This document shows positions 9,804-19,989 of a stretch of DNA of 64,000 nt, one piece after another (the stretch's first letter is position 1; each line of letters begins with the position of its first letter). Both the position numbers and the translations under genes were made by a program. Origin of the DNA: Nitrospirota bacterium (GTDB lineage Bacteria > Nitrospirota > Nitrospiria > Nitrospirales > Nitrospiraceae); NCBI GenBank assembly GCA_963701855.1, contig CAVPBK010000004.1, positions 64,001 to 128,000 on the forward strand, given 5' to 3'. The notes under the pieces were generated by a model. That model had not been told where the DNA came from. It saw nothing but the letters and a program-made list of their open reading frames with translations, and made no database searches.

Positions 9804-11810
9804 ATGAGCAATCCCAACAACTTCTACATCACAACGCCGATCTATTACGTAAACGACGTGCCACATATCGGACACGCCTATACCACCGTGGCCGCCGACG
9901 TACTTGCCCGCTACTGGCGCCTACGAGGACGTGAGGTCTTCTTTCTCACCGGGCTCGATGAACATGGGCAAAAAGTTCAGCAGGCCGCGGCCAAAGCCGG
10001 CATCGACCCGCAAGCGCATTGTGATAAGCTGGCACCCCGGTTTCAGGAACTCTGGAAACGGCTGAACATCTCGAACGATGCCTTCATCAGGACGACGGAT
10101 GCACCACACAAATCGGTCGTTCAACGATACCTTCAAGAGCTTTTTGATAAGCAGCTGATCTACAAGGCTGATTATATTGGATGGTATTGCACGTTTGATG
10201 AGCGGTTTTGGACCGAAAAAGACGTCGAGAACGGCCTCTGCCCTGATTGCAAACGGCCAGTCGAACGCATCAGCGAGCACAACTACTTCTTCAAGATGGG
10301 CCAGTATCAGGACCGCCTGATCGAACACATCAAGCAGCATCCGAACTTCATCCGCCCTGAGTCTCGCCGCAATGAAGTTTTGGGGTTCTTGACCACGCAG
10401 AAGCTCGGCGACCTGTCGATCTCACGACCCAAATCAAGACTCTCTTGGGGGATTGAGCTGCCGTTCGACAAAGACTACGTCACGTATGTTTGGTTCGACG
10501 CGCTCGTGAATTATGTCTCTGCCCTTGAATACCTGCCGAAAAAACCGGCGTTCGATCAGTTCTGGCCCGCGAATGTCCACCTGGTCGGCAAGGACATCCT
10601 CACGACTCATGCCGTCTACTGGTCCACGATGTTAATGGCACTGGACCTGCCCTTGCCGGAGACCATCTTTGCCCATGGCTGGTGGACCGTCGAAGGAGAG
10701 AAGATGTCGAAGAGTCGCGGCAACGTCGTCGACCCAAACAAGATGGTCGACGAATTCGGCGCCGACGCGTTCCGATATTTCTTGTTGCGCGAAGTGCCGT
10801 TTGGACAAGACGGAGATTTCTCAGAGCACGCGATGGCTAGACGGGTAAACAGTGACTTGGCCAACGGTATCGGCAACTTACTTAGCCGTACTTTGACCAT
10901 GATTGATCGCAATTGTGAAGGCACTATCCCTGACGTACACCAAGACTACCTTGAAAGAGAAAGCCAGAAATACCGCCTTCTCCTTTTCGCAAAGGAACAG
11001 CTTCTTATCTTGGGAAAGTCTCTTGATGGATTCTTCGAGGATCTTGAATTCAACAATCTACTCCTTCACATCACAAGCCGAGCTACAGACGTAGATATAT
11101 TTATTGATGAGCATGAACCATGGAGGCTCGCGAAAGATCCTGACAAACGCGAGGAACTTAACGCTGTCTTGTATACGGCAGCAGAATGCCTGCGCATTCT
11201 AAGCTTATACATCTATCCCGTGATGCCGAATACTGCGAGGAATGTCGCGGAGCAGTTAGGACTTGATATCAATTTTAGCTCGCCGCTCTTGAGCCAAGAG
11301 ATTAAGTGGGGCGAACTGCAAGGTGGAACAAAGATCCGAAAGGGCAGTTCACTTTTCCCCCGTATTGAAGCAAAACCACAAGGAGCAAAGACCGTGATCG
11401 AACCACCATCTACCCCTCAGCCAACACCCGCCGCACCGGCACCAGTGGCAGCCACAGCCCCTGCAGCACCGACACCCACAGCGCCAGCTCAGATCACCAT
11501 CGACGAGTTCATGAAGATTCAGCTCAAGACCGCGAGGGTCATCAGTGCGGAGCGCGTGCCGAAATCTGAAAAGCTCCTCAAACTTCAAGTCACAGTTGGC
11601 AATGAACAGCGGCAAATTGTGGCAGGCATCGGAAAGAAATACGAGCCGGAAGCATTGATCGGAAAAACTATCGTCATCGTTGCCAACTTGAAACCGGCGA
11701 AATTGATGGGCGTCGAGTCGCAAGGCATGGTCCTCGCGGCAGGTGACAGCGAGGTTCGAGGCCTCATCACGCTCCTTGAAGACGTCGAACCGGGCACGAA
11801 AGTGAAATGA
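9804..11810 (+). CDS. metG: Methionine--tRNA ligase with C-terminal tRNA-binding domain
   Basis: YITTPIYY, HIGH, KMSKS, Pro/Ala linker, RQIVAGIG...SQGMVLAA. Confidence 0.97.
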   Translation: MSNPNNFYITTPIYYVNDVPHIGHAYTTVAADVLARYWRLRGREVFFLTGLDEHGQKVQQAAAKAGIDPQAHCDKLAPRFQELWKRLNISNDAFIRTTDAPHKSVVQRYLQELFDKQLIYKADYIGWYCTFDERFWTEKDVENGLCPDCKRPVERISEHNYFFKMGQYQDRLIEHIKQHPNFIRPESRRNEVLGFLTTQKLGDLSISRPKSRLSWGIELPFDKDYVTYVWFDALVNYVSALEYLPKKPAFDQFWPANVHLVGKDILTTHAVYWSTMLMALDLPLPETIFAHGWWTVEGEKMSKSRGNVVDPNKMVDEFGADAFRYFLLREVPFGQDGDFSEHAMARRVNSDLANGIGNLLSRTLTMIDRNCEGTIPDVHQDYLERESQKYRLLLFAKEQLLILGKSLDGFFEDLEFNNLLLHITSRATDVDIFIDEHEPWRLAKDPDKREELNAVLYTAAECLRILSLYIYPVMPNTARNVAEQLGLDINFSSPLLSQEIKWGELQGGTKIRKGSSLFPRIEAKPQGAKTVIEPPSTPQPTPAAPAPVAATAPAAPTPTAPAQITIDEFMKIQLKTARVISAERVPKSEKLLKLQVTVGNEQRQIVAGIGKKYEPEALIGKTIVIVANLKPAKLMGVESQGMVLAAGDSEVRGLITLLEDVEPGTKVK

Positions 11811-12670
11811 CCCACCGCCTGCAGCTGATAGTGGCGGTTGCTGCATGTCTCATCCCGGCACCTTGCCTCGCAATCCCTGCCTCTGAAGCGCCTCCACCTG
11901 CCCTTCACCTCAACAACCCAATACAGACCACCATCCTCGTGCGCGTCGTGGCGCATGGCTCGATGGTCCTGGGCAAGAATGTCGGCGGCGCCCGCGTGAC
12001 GATCACCGACCTGGCTACCAAACAAATCCTAGCCGCCGGGATTCAACAAGGCGAAGCCGGCGACCAGAATCAAATCATGCGAACGCCGCGTCTCATGGAG
12101 GAGGCGCACTATAGCTCCCGGCCAGCCGCCGCGTTTACCGCGACATTCGGCTTACTCCAGCCCACACTGGTTGAAGTGACCGCCGAAGGCCCACTCGCCT
12201 ACCCCGCATCGTCTCAGCGAGCCTCGACGACAGTGTGGCTTATTCCCGGACAGGACATGACTAGCGACGGGGTTGTCCTACATCTCTACGGGTATATCGT
12301 CCAGATCGAACATCCGAAACAGAGCGAACCTCTGATCGCCAAAGACGACGTCCCCCTACGCGCATCCGTGCGCACATTATCCGGAGCACTGGTTCGCCCA
12401 CACGGGGACTGGGATTCCAGAAAGATCCACATCTACGGCGAGCTGATGATTGGCGACCGAGTGATCGAGCGACTTCAACTGTTCTACAGTGGAGAGCAAG
12501 CCACGTTCGAAGCCCCGTTCTTCGTTCCTCTCCAGAAAGATGCCCCTGACGGCATCACCCTCCGCGTAATTGCCGCCGATCCAGCCGGCGGCAACTTCGG
12601 TATCGGACAATCCAACTACCCAATCCTCAGCGAGCGCCTTCGCCAAAACCAGAAAAGCGAACCCCGCTGA
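11807..12670 (+). CDS. Exported protein of unknown function
   Basis: 287-aa ORF with signal-peptide-like N-terminus; start overlaps metG stop (ATGA). Confidence 0.75.
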   Translation: MTHRLQLIVAVAACLIPAPCLAIPASEAPPPALHLNNPIQTTILVRVVAHGSMVLGKNVGGARVTITDLATKQILAAGIQQGEAGDQNQIMRTPRLMEEAHYSSRPAAAFTATFGLLQPTLVEVTAEGPLAYPASSQRASTTVWLIPGQDMTSDGVVLHLYGYIVQIEHPKQSEPLIAKDDVPLRASVRTLSGALVRPHGDWDSRKIHIYGELMIGDRVIERLQLFYSGEQATFEAPFFVPLQKDAPDGITLRVIAADPAGGNFGIGQSNYPILSERLRQNQKSEPR

Positions 12671-12761
12671 TACGGAAAGTCTCCGGCAGGCTGCGGAAAA
12701 CTCGGTTTATAGATAAAACACCTCTGAACTCTCACAGAATGGTGCTGATGCCACAATGGTT

Positions 12762-12886
12762 CAGGATGCTCAAAAAGGCCTTCCAGCAAGGCCGTAGCGA
12801 GTGAGGAACCGGAGGCGTACCCTCTGGGGTACGTTGAGGATCTGAACGATGCGAGAACGAAGCTGGCGGACTTTTTCAGCATCCTG
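12762..12886. mobile_element. MITE-like repeat family A (125 bp)
   Basis: Ends CAGGATGCTCAAAAAG / CTTTTTCAGCATCCTG; central GTACCC-TCTG-GGGTAC hairpin; near reverse complement of 45511-45633. Confidence 0.8.
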
Positions 12887-12931
12887 CTAGAACGCTTGCC
12901 GCCTCGTCGCTCACATGCGACACTAGTAGTT

Positions 12932-13876
12932 ATGACCACTCTTGCCTCCTATGCACATCTTCGCAACCGTTTGTACCTCGCCCTGGCGCTGAATGCGGCG
13001 ATCATTGCCGCTGAATTCATCGGCGGATGGATACTCAACAGCATCGGGCTCATGGGCGATGCAGGCCATAACTTCGTCGACCAGGGTGCGCTCTTTCTTG
13101 CCCTCTATGCCCATATTCTCACCGCCAGGCCTGCAACAGAAGCCAGAACATTTGGGTATCACCGAGCCGGCATCATTGCCGCGTTCTTGAATTCATTCAT
13201 CCTGTTGCTCACGGCCGCCGGTATCGCACTCGTGGGACTCAACCGGCTGCTGCAGCCGGTTCCGGTGGACGGCGGCTGGGTCATGGCAATCGCCGCCCTG
13301 AGCTTCGCAGCCAACCTGAGCATCGCTCTCCTGTTACAGCACGGAGCCAAAAATGATCTCAATATCCGCAGCGCCTTTTGGCACCTGCTGGGTGATGCCT
13401 GGGTGTCCCTGGGTGTCGTGATCAGCGGTGGGGCCATCTTATTGACTGGATGGACCATTCTCGATCCGCTGATCAGTTTGCTGGTCGTCGTAGCCATCAC
13501 AAAATGGGCTTGGCCATTGTTTAAGGAATCGCTGGATGTCTTGTTGGAATCGACTCCGCCAAAGATCAGCGCCTCACATGTGGCTGCGACCATCGAGGCG
13601 ATCCCAGGCGTGAAAAACGTCCACGACCTCCACATCTGGGCGGTGGAGCCTCGGTTGATTATGATGACCTGTCATATCCTCGTCGATGGAGATGATTCAG
13701 CCATGACCAATGATCTGCTTCACGCCATCCGCGCCAAAGTCAGCACAGATTTCGGCATCAAACATCTGACGATTCAGATGGGAACCGCCTGTTGCCAACC
13801 TGACGAGATCCACTGCGATCTCACCACATTGGCAAAGCAGCACCAGGATGAAGGGCTCGTGCATGTGCACCACTGA
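12932..13876 (+). CDS. Cation diffusion facilitator transporter (CzcD/ZitB-like)
   Basis: DAGHNFVD, TFGYHR, NIRSAFWHLLGD, VHDLHIW, His-rich tail. Confidence 0.9.
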   Translation: MTTLASYAHLRNRLYLALALNAAIIAAEFIGGWILNSIGLMGDAGHNFVDQGALFLALYAHILTARPATEARTFGYHRAGIIAAFLNSFILLLTAAGIALVGLNRLLQPVPVDGGWVMAIAALSFAANLSIALLLQHGAKNDLNIRSAFWHLLGDAWVSLGVVISGGAILLTGWTILDPLISLLVVVAITKWAWPLFKESLDVLLESTPPKISASHVAATIEAIPGVKNVHDLHIWAVEPRLIMMTCHILVDGDDSAMTNDLLHAIRAKVSTDFGIKHLTIQMGTACCQPDEIHCDLTTLAKQHQDEGLVHVHH

Positions 13877-14058
13877 GTTATCCAGGATCCTGTGCGACAT
13901 TGTCATTCGGAGGAGCCCAGCCCGCATTATTTATGACAGTTCGTCGAGAAATCTCGTAGCAAGATCAGCATGCGAGGTAGCACTTACTGATTGCCTTGGT
14001 CGCTATGGTGCAGGAAAAAACCAGACGTATCAGGGTGGGGTGGCTCTATTTCCGCGCC

Positions 14059-14171
14059 CAGGATGCTCAAAAAGGCCATCCAGCGAGCCGTGAGACATGA
14101 ATCGTTAAAAGTCAGAGGTTGCGGAGGAAGAGCACTCGACTATCCTACGTTTCACGTTTAACCTTTCACGT
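14059..14171. repeat. One MITE-type end followed by a heptamer palindromic array
   Basis: CAGGATGCTCAAAAAGGCC, then CGTGAGA/CATGAAT/CGTTAAA units and complementary CGTTTCA/CGTTTAA/CCTTTCA units. Confidence 0.6.
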
Positions 14172-14180
14172 GTTTTAAGC

Positions 14181-14996
14181 TCAGGCTTGTTCGACCGGTT
14201 CGTGGATCAGCTCCCCGTTAGTCTCTACCTCGAAGGCCACCACAGCCTCACCTTCTGCAAGATCATTCATGGCAGAAAACTCTTCTGAGAAGTGCGTCTC
14301 GGAGGTCTCGGCTACCACCAGTGGCTCTTCTTCAATCGGCAGGAGGGCCTGCTCGGATGCGCCAAGTTCTTTGAATTCACGCAACGGTGGGAGCTGGCTC
14401 AAATCCTGTAACCCGAAATGCTCAAGAAAAAACTTGGTCGTCCCATACATGATCGGCCGGCCAGGCACGTCTTTTCGCCCGACGATCCGCACCAGCTTGC
14501 GCTCGCATAATGTACGCAGGACACCGGACGTTTCGACACCACGGATCTCTTCGATCTCAGACCGCACGAGCGGCTGTTTATAGGCAATAATGGCGAGAGA
14601 TTCGAGCGCGGAGCGTGAAAGTTTTTGCACCGCCTTGGCTTTATCCATCCGCTTCAGCCAGGGCCCATATTCCTGCTTCGTCACGAGCCGATATCCGCCT
14701 GCGACCTGCACAAGCTGAATGCCTCGCCCGTTCTGATCTAAATCGTGTGTGAGAATCCCCAGGGCCTGAACGACTTCGGCTTTTGAGACTGTTCCCACGA
14801 TAGACATCAGTCGAGCAACCGGCACCGGTTCGGGCGACACGAACAAGACGGCTTCAAGAATGGCTTTGAGTTCCCGCGCGTCGATGACCTCTGCTTGGCT
14901 GTTCACTGCCTCGCCCGGCACTCTGCTGTCTTCAACCGCCGACACCGTCTCGGCAAGAGCGATATCTTCAGTTTCTTGTTCCACAGTTGAGTTCAT
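14181..14996 (-). CDS. scpB: SMC-Scp complex subunit ScpB
   Basis: LEAVLFVS, VAGGYRL, LSRSALESLAIIAYKQP, GRPIMYGTT. Confidence 0.95.
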   Translation of the reverse strand: MNSTVEQETEDIALAETVSAVEDSRVPGEAVNSQAEVIDARELKAILEAVLFVSPEPVPVARLMSIVGTVSKAEVVQALGILTHDLDQNGRGIQLVQVAGGYRLVTKQEYGPWLKRMDKAKAVQKLSRSALESLAIIAYKQPLVRSEIEEIRGVETSGVLRTLCERKLVRIVGRKDVPGRPIMYGTTKFFLEHFGLQDLSQLPPLREFKELGASEQALLPIEEEPLVVAETSETHFSEEFSAMNDLAEGEAVVAFEVETNGELIHEPVEQA

Positions 14997-15838
14997 ACTC
15001 CCCTCCATTCAGCATCGTCCAATTCTGCCGGGTCTGGCACCAGTGAGAAGGCGCGCGACACGAGAATCGGCCCGAAATGTTCCGGCTGGAATACCCGGGC
15101 CGTTCGAAGCCGAATCAGTTCCAGCAACGCCAAAAATGTCACAATGATGACAAGACGGTGACAGGACGGCTCGAAGAGCGCGACAAAACTCACCGACTCC
15201 TGCCCTTCCAACATTTCCAAAATCGCGTTCATCCGCTCCCGAACCGTTACGTTATCCGGCAAAATCTCCATGAACTTCTTGCCGGGATTGCGATCGAGAA
15301 TTCCCTGCAATACATCCACTAAATCGAACAGGCTGACATTGTCCAGCAGCGTCTCTTCCGATTCCAATTCAACCACCGGGCTCTGCTCACGACTGTAAAT
15401 CTCCCGCCACAATTGCTCATGTTCATCCAACTGACGGGCAGCCTCTTTGAACTGTTTGTACTCGAGCAACCGCCGCACCAATTCCTCTCGGGGATCTGGT
15501 CCGTCTTCCTCATCGACGACCGTCTCATCTGCGGGAAGCAGCATCTTGGATTTGATCTGGAGCAACGTCGCCGCCATCACAAGAAATTCCCCCGCGACAG
15601 TCAAGTTCAGGTCTTCCATCGCCTCAATATATGTAAGATATTGCTGAGCAATCAGATGGATAGGAATGTCGTAAATATTGATCTCGCTCTTCTTAATGAG
15701 ATGGAGCAAGAGATCGAGGGGGCCCTCAAAGTTCTCGATGCGAACTTGGTAGGGTAGTTCGGTTTGTTCCGAGGCGTCGAAGTGGTTATCCACAAGCGGA
15801 CTTATACCAGACTTGGGGGAGACGGAGCAAGCTTCCAT
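14993..15838 (-). CDS. scpA: Segregation/condensation protein ScpA (start uncertain)
   Basis: FEGPLDLLLHLI, EFLVMAATLLQIKSKMLLP, TFLALLEL. Confidence 0.95.
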   Translation of the reverse strand: MEACSVSPKSGISPLVDNHFDASEQTELPYQVRIENFEGPLDLLLHLIKKSEINIYDIPIHLIAQQYLTYIEAMEDLNLTVAGEFLVMAATLLQIKSKMLLPADETVVDEEDGPDPREELVRRLLEYKQFKEAARQLDEHEQLWREIYSREQSPVVELESEETLLDNVSLFDLVDVLQGILDRNPGKKFMEILPDNVTVRERMNAILEMLEGQESVSFVALFEPSCHRLVIIVTFLALLELIRLRTARVFQPEHFGPILVSRAFSLVPDPAELDDAEWRGV

Positions 15839-15867
15839 CTATTAGTAGTGGTGAGCCAAGAAGAGAC

Positions 15868-16935
15868 CTACGCGCTACCGCGACGAACTCGGTAGATAAT
15901 CAGCAGGGCGCCGAACGTCAGAAGAATGAACATAACCGCGTACTGTATGATCGCATTATCACGCTCTGGGGGGGCCTGTACGGTCGCCGATCTGGCCGCT
16001 CTGGTAAACTGTGAACCCTTTTCAAACGACGTTGTGGAAAAGTCGTCTCGGCCCTTAAAGGACGCATCGGAGAAATCTGCTGTTGATCGGAACGTGGCCC
16101 GGCGAAAGTCCGCATCGTGGTCGAACTGTGTAAAGGTAAAAAAGGCCTCACGGTCGAACGATGCGTCGGAAAAGTCTGCCAGGCCTTGGAAACGGCTCCC
16201 AGAAAACCCGGTACCCAACTTGAAATAGGTGCGCGATAGATTCGCATCCTTCTCGAAGCCTGCTTCCAAAAACTCCGCCATCCCGTTAAACCTCGACTGC
16301 TGGAACGTAACCGGCCCCTGGAAGACAGAACGGTGGAATCTCGTATGCGGGCCAAACGCCGTTTTCTCAGCAAACAGACCGCGTAGAAACCGGCCCTGCA
16401 CAAAATAGCTCTCTTTCATAAATGCCGCGCCTGACAACGTCACCGGCTGAATGAACACTGCGCGCGAAAGATCCACCACCTGCTCAAACCTCGTCCCGCT
16501 GAACGTTACAGGCCCCTTCACCACCAATAGCCCTTGTGACGATCTATGCTTGATCGCTCCGCGCACTACCGAATTGACGATCATCATGGAGCCTGGAATC
16601 ACGCGTACCTCGTGTCCCTGCAGCTCCTTCATTCCCTCAAACTCTGGCGGCAACGGACTCACTGGCAACGCATCCAGGGACAGATCGCCAAGAATGACCA
16701 CCCCTGAGAGATCGATCCCCTTCCCTTCCCTGAGTGCCTGCAGCAGCTGCGCCGCATCCATCGCTCGCGCCTCCCGCTCTTGCTCCGCACAGCCGGCGCC
16801 CAGATGACGTGTCAACGCCGTTTTCGGCCCTGAAGTAGGCGTCTCAACCTGACAGTTCGAGGCAGCGGCACCAAGTGGAAACCAGAGAAGGGCCAGCCCA
16901 CTCACCACAATCCATTCAAATATTCGATTCATCAT
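15868..16935 (-). CDS. Pentapeptide-repeat protein, exported and C-terminally membrane anchored
   Basis: Signal peptide, repeated (A/D)xFxx(A/S)xF units, C-terminal TM helix plus basic tail. Confidence 0.8.
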   Translation of the reverse strand: MMNRIFEWIVVSGLALLWFPLGAAASNCQVETPTSGPKTALTRHLGAGCAEQEREARAMDAAQLLQALREGKGIDLSGVVILGDLSLDALPVSPLPPEFEGMKELQGHEVRVIPGSMMIVNSVVRGAIKHRSSQGLLVVKGPVTFSGTRFEQVVDLSRAVFIQPVTLSGAAFMKESYFVQGRFLRGLFAEKTAFGPHTRFHRSVFQGPVTFQQSRFNGMAEFLEAGFEKDANLSRTYFKLGTGFSGSRFQGLADFSDASFDREAFFTFTQFDHDADFRRATFRSTADFSDASFKGRDDFSTTSFEKGSQFTRAARSATVQAPPERDNAIIQYAVMFILLTFGALLIIYRVRRGSA

Positions 16936-16948
16936 GCACGCCCTTAAT

Positions 16949-17141
16949 CAGGATGCTGAAAAAGCCCGCCAGCGTGTTTTGTTCTTTTGGTCTGTTCGGT
17001 CTATCCGGTCTGTCTCGTTTATTCGGTTGAACTAGGCCAACCAGAGAGACCAGTTGAACCTGAAAGACCAGACAGACCTGGCATGTCCCAGACGTGCAGG
17101 CCAGTGAGACTCCACCTGCCCGCAGAGCTTTGTGCAGCCTG
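16949..17141. mobile_element. MITE-like element with nonamer palindromic cargo (type C)
   Basis: CAGGATGCTGAAAAAG...TTTGTGCAGCCTG ends; GGTCT(G/A)T units facing A(G/C)AGACC units; inverted relative at 33722-33874. Confidence 0.65.
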
Positions 17142-17356
17142 TTATACGGAATGCCCTACTCCAACGCAAGGCAAGGCAAGGCAAAAACCGTCAAATCGCT
17201 ATACTGCTCAAACGAATTTGCTACACTTTTGCGAGCAGACAACTGAAATTTGAACGATGAACGCGGAAGGTTGACGCAACAATCGTTTCCTTCTCCATCG
17301 CTCACCGTTCAGCATTTCTTAGCCTGCAACTTTTCCCGCATCCTGCATGGGGGGTC

Positions 17357-18001
17357 ATGATGCCACGCCATCTTGCGATTTATATACTGATTGCCACACT
17401 CCTTTGTGGAATCCCGGTCTCAGTCTCGGCAAACAATGTCGTTGAACTTCCGGTCCTGGCGGCCATTCGCCAAAATAATCTCGGCGTGTTCGAAATCCTG
17501 ATGATATGGTGGGACAAGAAACAGGAACCGAATCCTGTTCAACTACAATGGCTCCTCGCAGGCGTTCGACTGGGAGACGATCATCTTGGCGCCATGTCTC
17601 AGGCCTTTGCCTATGCGGTCGAACGCACACCTTCGGTCCAGCATAGCGGAACTGTCTCAGTGCAAGGAGTAACCTATCGACCCACAGGCAGTGACGGGCC
17701 AAGCGCCGGCGCAGCGATGGCCGTGGGATTCATCGCCATGTTCAAGGGGGAACAGATTCAACGGGGCATTGCCCTGACCGGAACCATTGAACCAGGCGGG
17801 CAGATCGGCCCGGTGGGCAGCATCCCTGACAAGATTCGCGCCGCAGCACGGGAAGGCTATCGCACTGTGTTGGTTCCACGCGGGCAGATGCATGACCCAC
17901 GGTGGAACCTGATAGAATTGGGATTTCAGCTCAATATGACGGTGAAAGAAGTTGATACGATCGATGAGGCATATGCGCTCATGACAGGCCAACGAATTTA
18001 A
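17357..18001 (+). CDS. Secreted stand-alone Lon (S16) protease domain protein
   Basis: Signal peptide; DGPSAG Ser motif; ALTGTI...VGSIPDKIRAA Lys motif. Confidence 0.85.
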   Translation: MMPRHLAIYILIATLLCGIPVSVSANNVVELPVLAAIRQNNLGVFEILMIWWDKKQEPNPVQLQWLLAGVRLGDDHLGAMSQAFAYAVERTPSVQHSGTVSVQGVTYRPTGSDGPSAGAAMAVGFIAMFKGEQIQRGIALTGTIEPGGQIGPVGSIPDKIRAAAREGYRTVLVPRGQMHDPRWNLIELGFQLNMTVKEVDTIDEAYALMTGQRI

Positions 18002-18003
18002 TG

Positions 18004-18193
18004 CAGGGTGCTGAAAAAGTCCATTAGCGGCGTTCTCGCATCGTTCAGACCCTCAACGGGGACCCGTCCGCCTCACCACTCGGCGGCGTGCACAGACTTG
18101 GTGCTCCTTATTCGTCGCACCGTGCGCCCCACAGGGTACGCCTCGGTCTTTCGCTCGCTGCAGCCTTGCTGAACGGCCTTTTTGAGCATCCTG
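18004..18193. mobile_element. MITE-like repeat family A with about 65 bp extra in the centre
   Basis: CAGGGTGCTGAAAAAG...CTTTTTGAGCATCCTG; arms align with 45511-45633. Confidence 0.8.
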
Positions 18194-18640
18194 CTAAGCC
18201 CTGACTCCGTGTATTATTGCGTCATACTCTGCTTGCGTCAATCGATGCATGCCCAGCCTCAATCGTCGAGTAAGTTCGGCGTGATCGGTAATCTGCAACA
18301 CAGTGAGCAACAACGCCTGACTCGCAGCAGACGAGCAGGCCAACCGGCGCACCCCATCGATTCGCACAAAGCCAAATCTAGCCTCAGTTCTTAGTTCGTC
18401 GCTGAGGAACGCATCCAACACGGAGAAGTCCAACACGGGCGGCACAATCTGAAATTCGGCACAGAGCCCAGCCTTCAGCACATACACAAGGCCGCGGGAC
18501 TCCCTATCGAGATAGGCTTGAAGATTCGTCCTGATTAGCCCGGTACAGAGTCCCCAAAGACCGTGCCCAAGTTGCAGCTCAGCGCTTTCATCCGAGGTAC
18601 GCTCGCGCAAGGCTCCGGCCACGAACAAAAAATGATTCAT
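18194..18640 (-). CDS. Hypothetical protein (possibly EVE/PUA-like)
   Basis: 148-aa ORF; LWGL...LVYV...RLTQAEYDAI is only loosely EVE-like. Confidence 0.55.
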   Translation of the reverse strand: MNHFLFVAGALRERTSDESAELQLGHGLWGLCTGLIRTNLQAYLDRESRGLVYVLKAGLCAEFQIVPPVLDFSVLDAFLSDELRTEARFGFVRIDGVRRLACSSAASQALLLTVLQITDHAELTRRLRLGMHRLTQAEYDAIIHGVRA

Positions 18641-18777
18641 TGGAAATTCGTCGCAGAGTATTCGGCGGGAGAATAATACACAAATGGAATGGACGCCATG
18701 TTACCAGAAAACACTCACCTCGCCATCCATCTGGACGACTCGACCGAGCCGTCCAGAGTAGGCATTCCATGCGAGTG

Positions 18778-19254
18778 TCAGTGCGTGTGGTAATCGTCTG
18801 CGTCGTCTAGCAGGCCTTCCGGTTTTTCAGGAAGATCGGCGTCTTCATCTTCCCCATCCAGTGTGAGTTCCTCTTCCACATCTTCGTCGCCCTCAACGCC
18901 AATGTCCACATCGTCCTCGCCCAGTTCTTCGTCAAGATCGGGATCTTTTAGCGCCTGCGACCCCATCGGCTGCAATGACGAGGACTTCTTAGGCTCCTCA
19001 TCCGCGAACGACTTCATGGGTTTTTTGTCGAGAGCCGGAGCCGCCGGTTTCCTTTGAGCCGCCTTGGGTGCCGTTATCATGGCCTTCTTGGCGGTCTTCT
19101 TGGTAACTTTCTTGGCCGTTTTCATTTTAGCCGGTTTCTTGGCTACTTTCTTGGCTGCCTTCTTGGCTGCCTTCTTCACTGTAGCCTTTGCTTTGGTTTT
19201 CGCTTTAGCCTTCGCAGGTGTTTTCTTCGCCGGCTTTTTCTTGTTCTTCGCCAT
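18778..19254 (-). CDS. Histone H1-like Lys/Ala-rich protein with acidic C-terminal half
   Basis: KKAAKK/KKPAK repeats followed by a D/E-rich tract; GGAGG RBS upstream. Confidence 0.8.
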   Translation of the reverse strand: MAKNKKKPAKKTPAKAKAKTKAKATVKKAAKKAAKKVAKKPAKMKTAKKVTKKTAKKAMITAPKAAQRKPAAPALDKKPMKSFADEEPKKSSSLQPMGSQALKDPDLDEELGEDDVDIGVEGDEDVEEELTLDGEDEDADLPEKPEGLLDDADDYHTH

Positions 19255-19614
19255 CGATTTTCTCCTCCCTCATCCATTGGATGTCTGACGTGGTCTCCAT
19301 CTAGCATAACTTTTTAGATCTTGCAACTCACACTTCACAGCCTCTCACAGGATGGTAACAAATACTCTCTCCTCACCCCGCCAGACCCAGCCTTGTCCAT
19401 CACCGTGAGTGCAAGCAAAGACCAGGATCCGGAAGGGCAACGAGTGAGACAATTGTGGAACTGCCACATCGACTCCCTGGGTTGATTTCCAACGGATGGG
19501 AGAATCCTACAAACAAGCCACAACGTCAAGGGGTACGCCAAGAATCTTTCCTGGTTGACACTACTTTCCCTCTTAGTCCACATAGTAAAATACAATCGCC
19601 GTACGAGAACAACT

Positions 19615-19989
19615 ATGAAAACATGGATCATCATCGCCGTCTTATCGCTGGGACTCTTCACAGCCTGGCCAACCACCGCCACGCCGCCGTACACCGCCAT
19701 CATCATCGATAGCGGGTCACCCTATTTCGTCCCGAAGTCAGCCACCGTGTCCAGCGGAGCCCCCATCAGATGGAACAACCCCACAGCCACCGAACACACG
19801 ATCACCCATGTGGGCTGTTTAGAAGGCGGAACGGTCTGCGCATTCGATTCCGGAATCGTCCGGCCAAACGGCAGCTTTACACTTCCAGGGTTGGCTCCCG
19901 GTCACTACCCCTACCTCTGCCGCATCCATCCCATCATGCACGGAATCATTACCGTAACCGATGTAGCTACGTTCCCCTCCCAGCTCTAG
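19615..19989 (+). CDS. Exported cupredoxin/plastocyanin-like blue copper protein
   Basis: Signal peptide; H-T-I-T and C-R-I-H-P-I-M type 1 copper ligand pattern. Confidence 0.85.
   Translation: MKTWIIIAVLSLGLFTAWPTTATPPYTAIIIDSGSPYFVPKSATVSSGAPIRWNNPTATEHTITHVGCLEGGTVCAFDSGIVRPNGSFTLPGLAPGHYPYLCRIHPIMHGIITVTDVATFPSQL

Noticed and set aside
12616..12939. ORF-track proteins over repeats (also 20030-20657, 24422-24932, 25409-25744, 27638-28007)
   Set aside because: They are translations of MITE/hairpin repeats and recur with similar spurious sequence
19054..19317. Hydrophobic ORFs opposite the histone-like gene
   Set aside because: Antisense reading of Lys/Ala codon repeats
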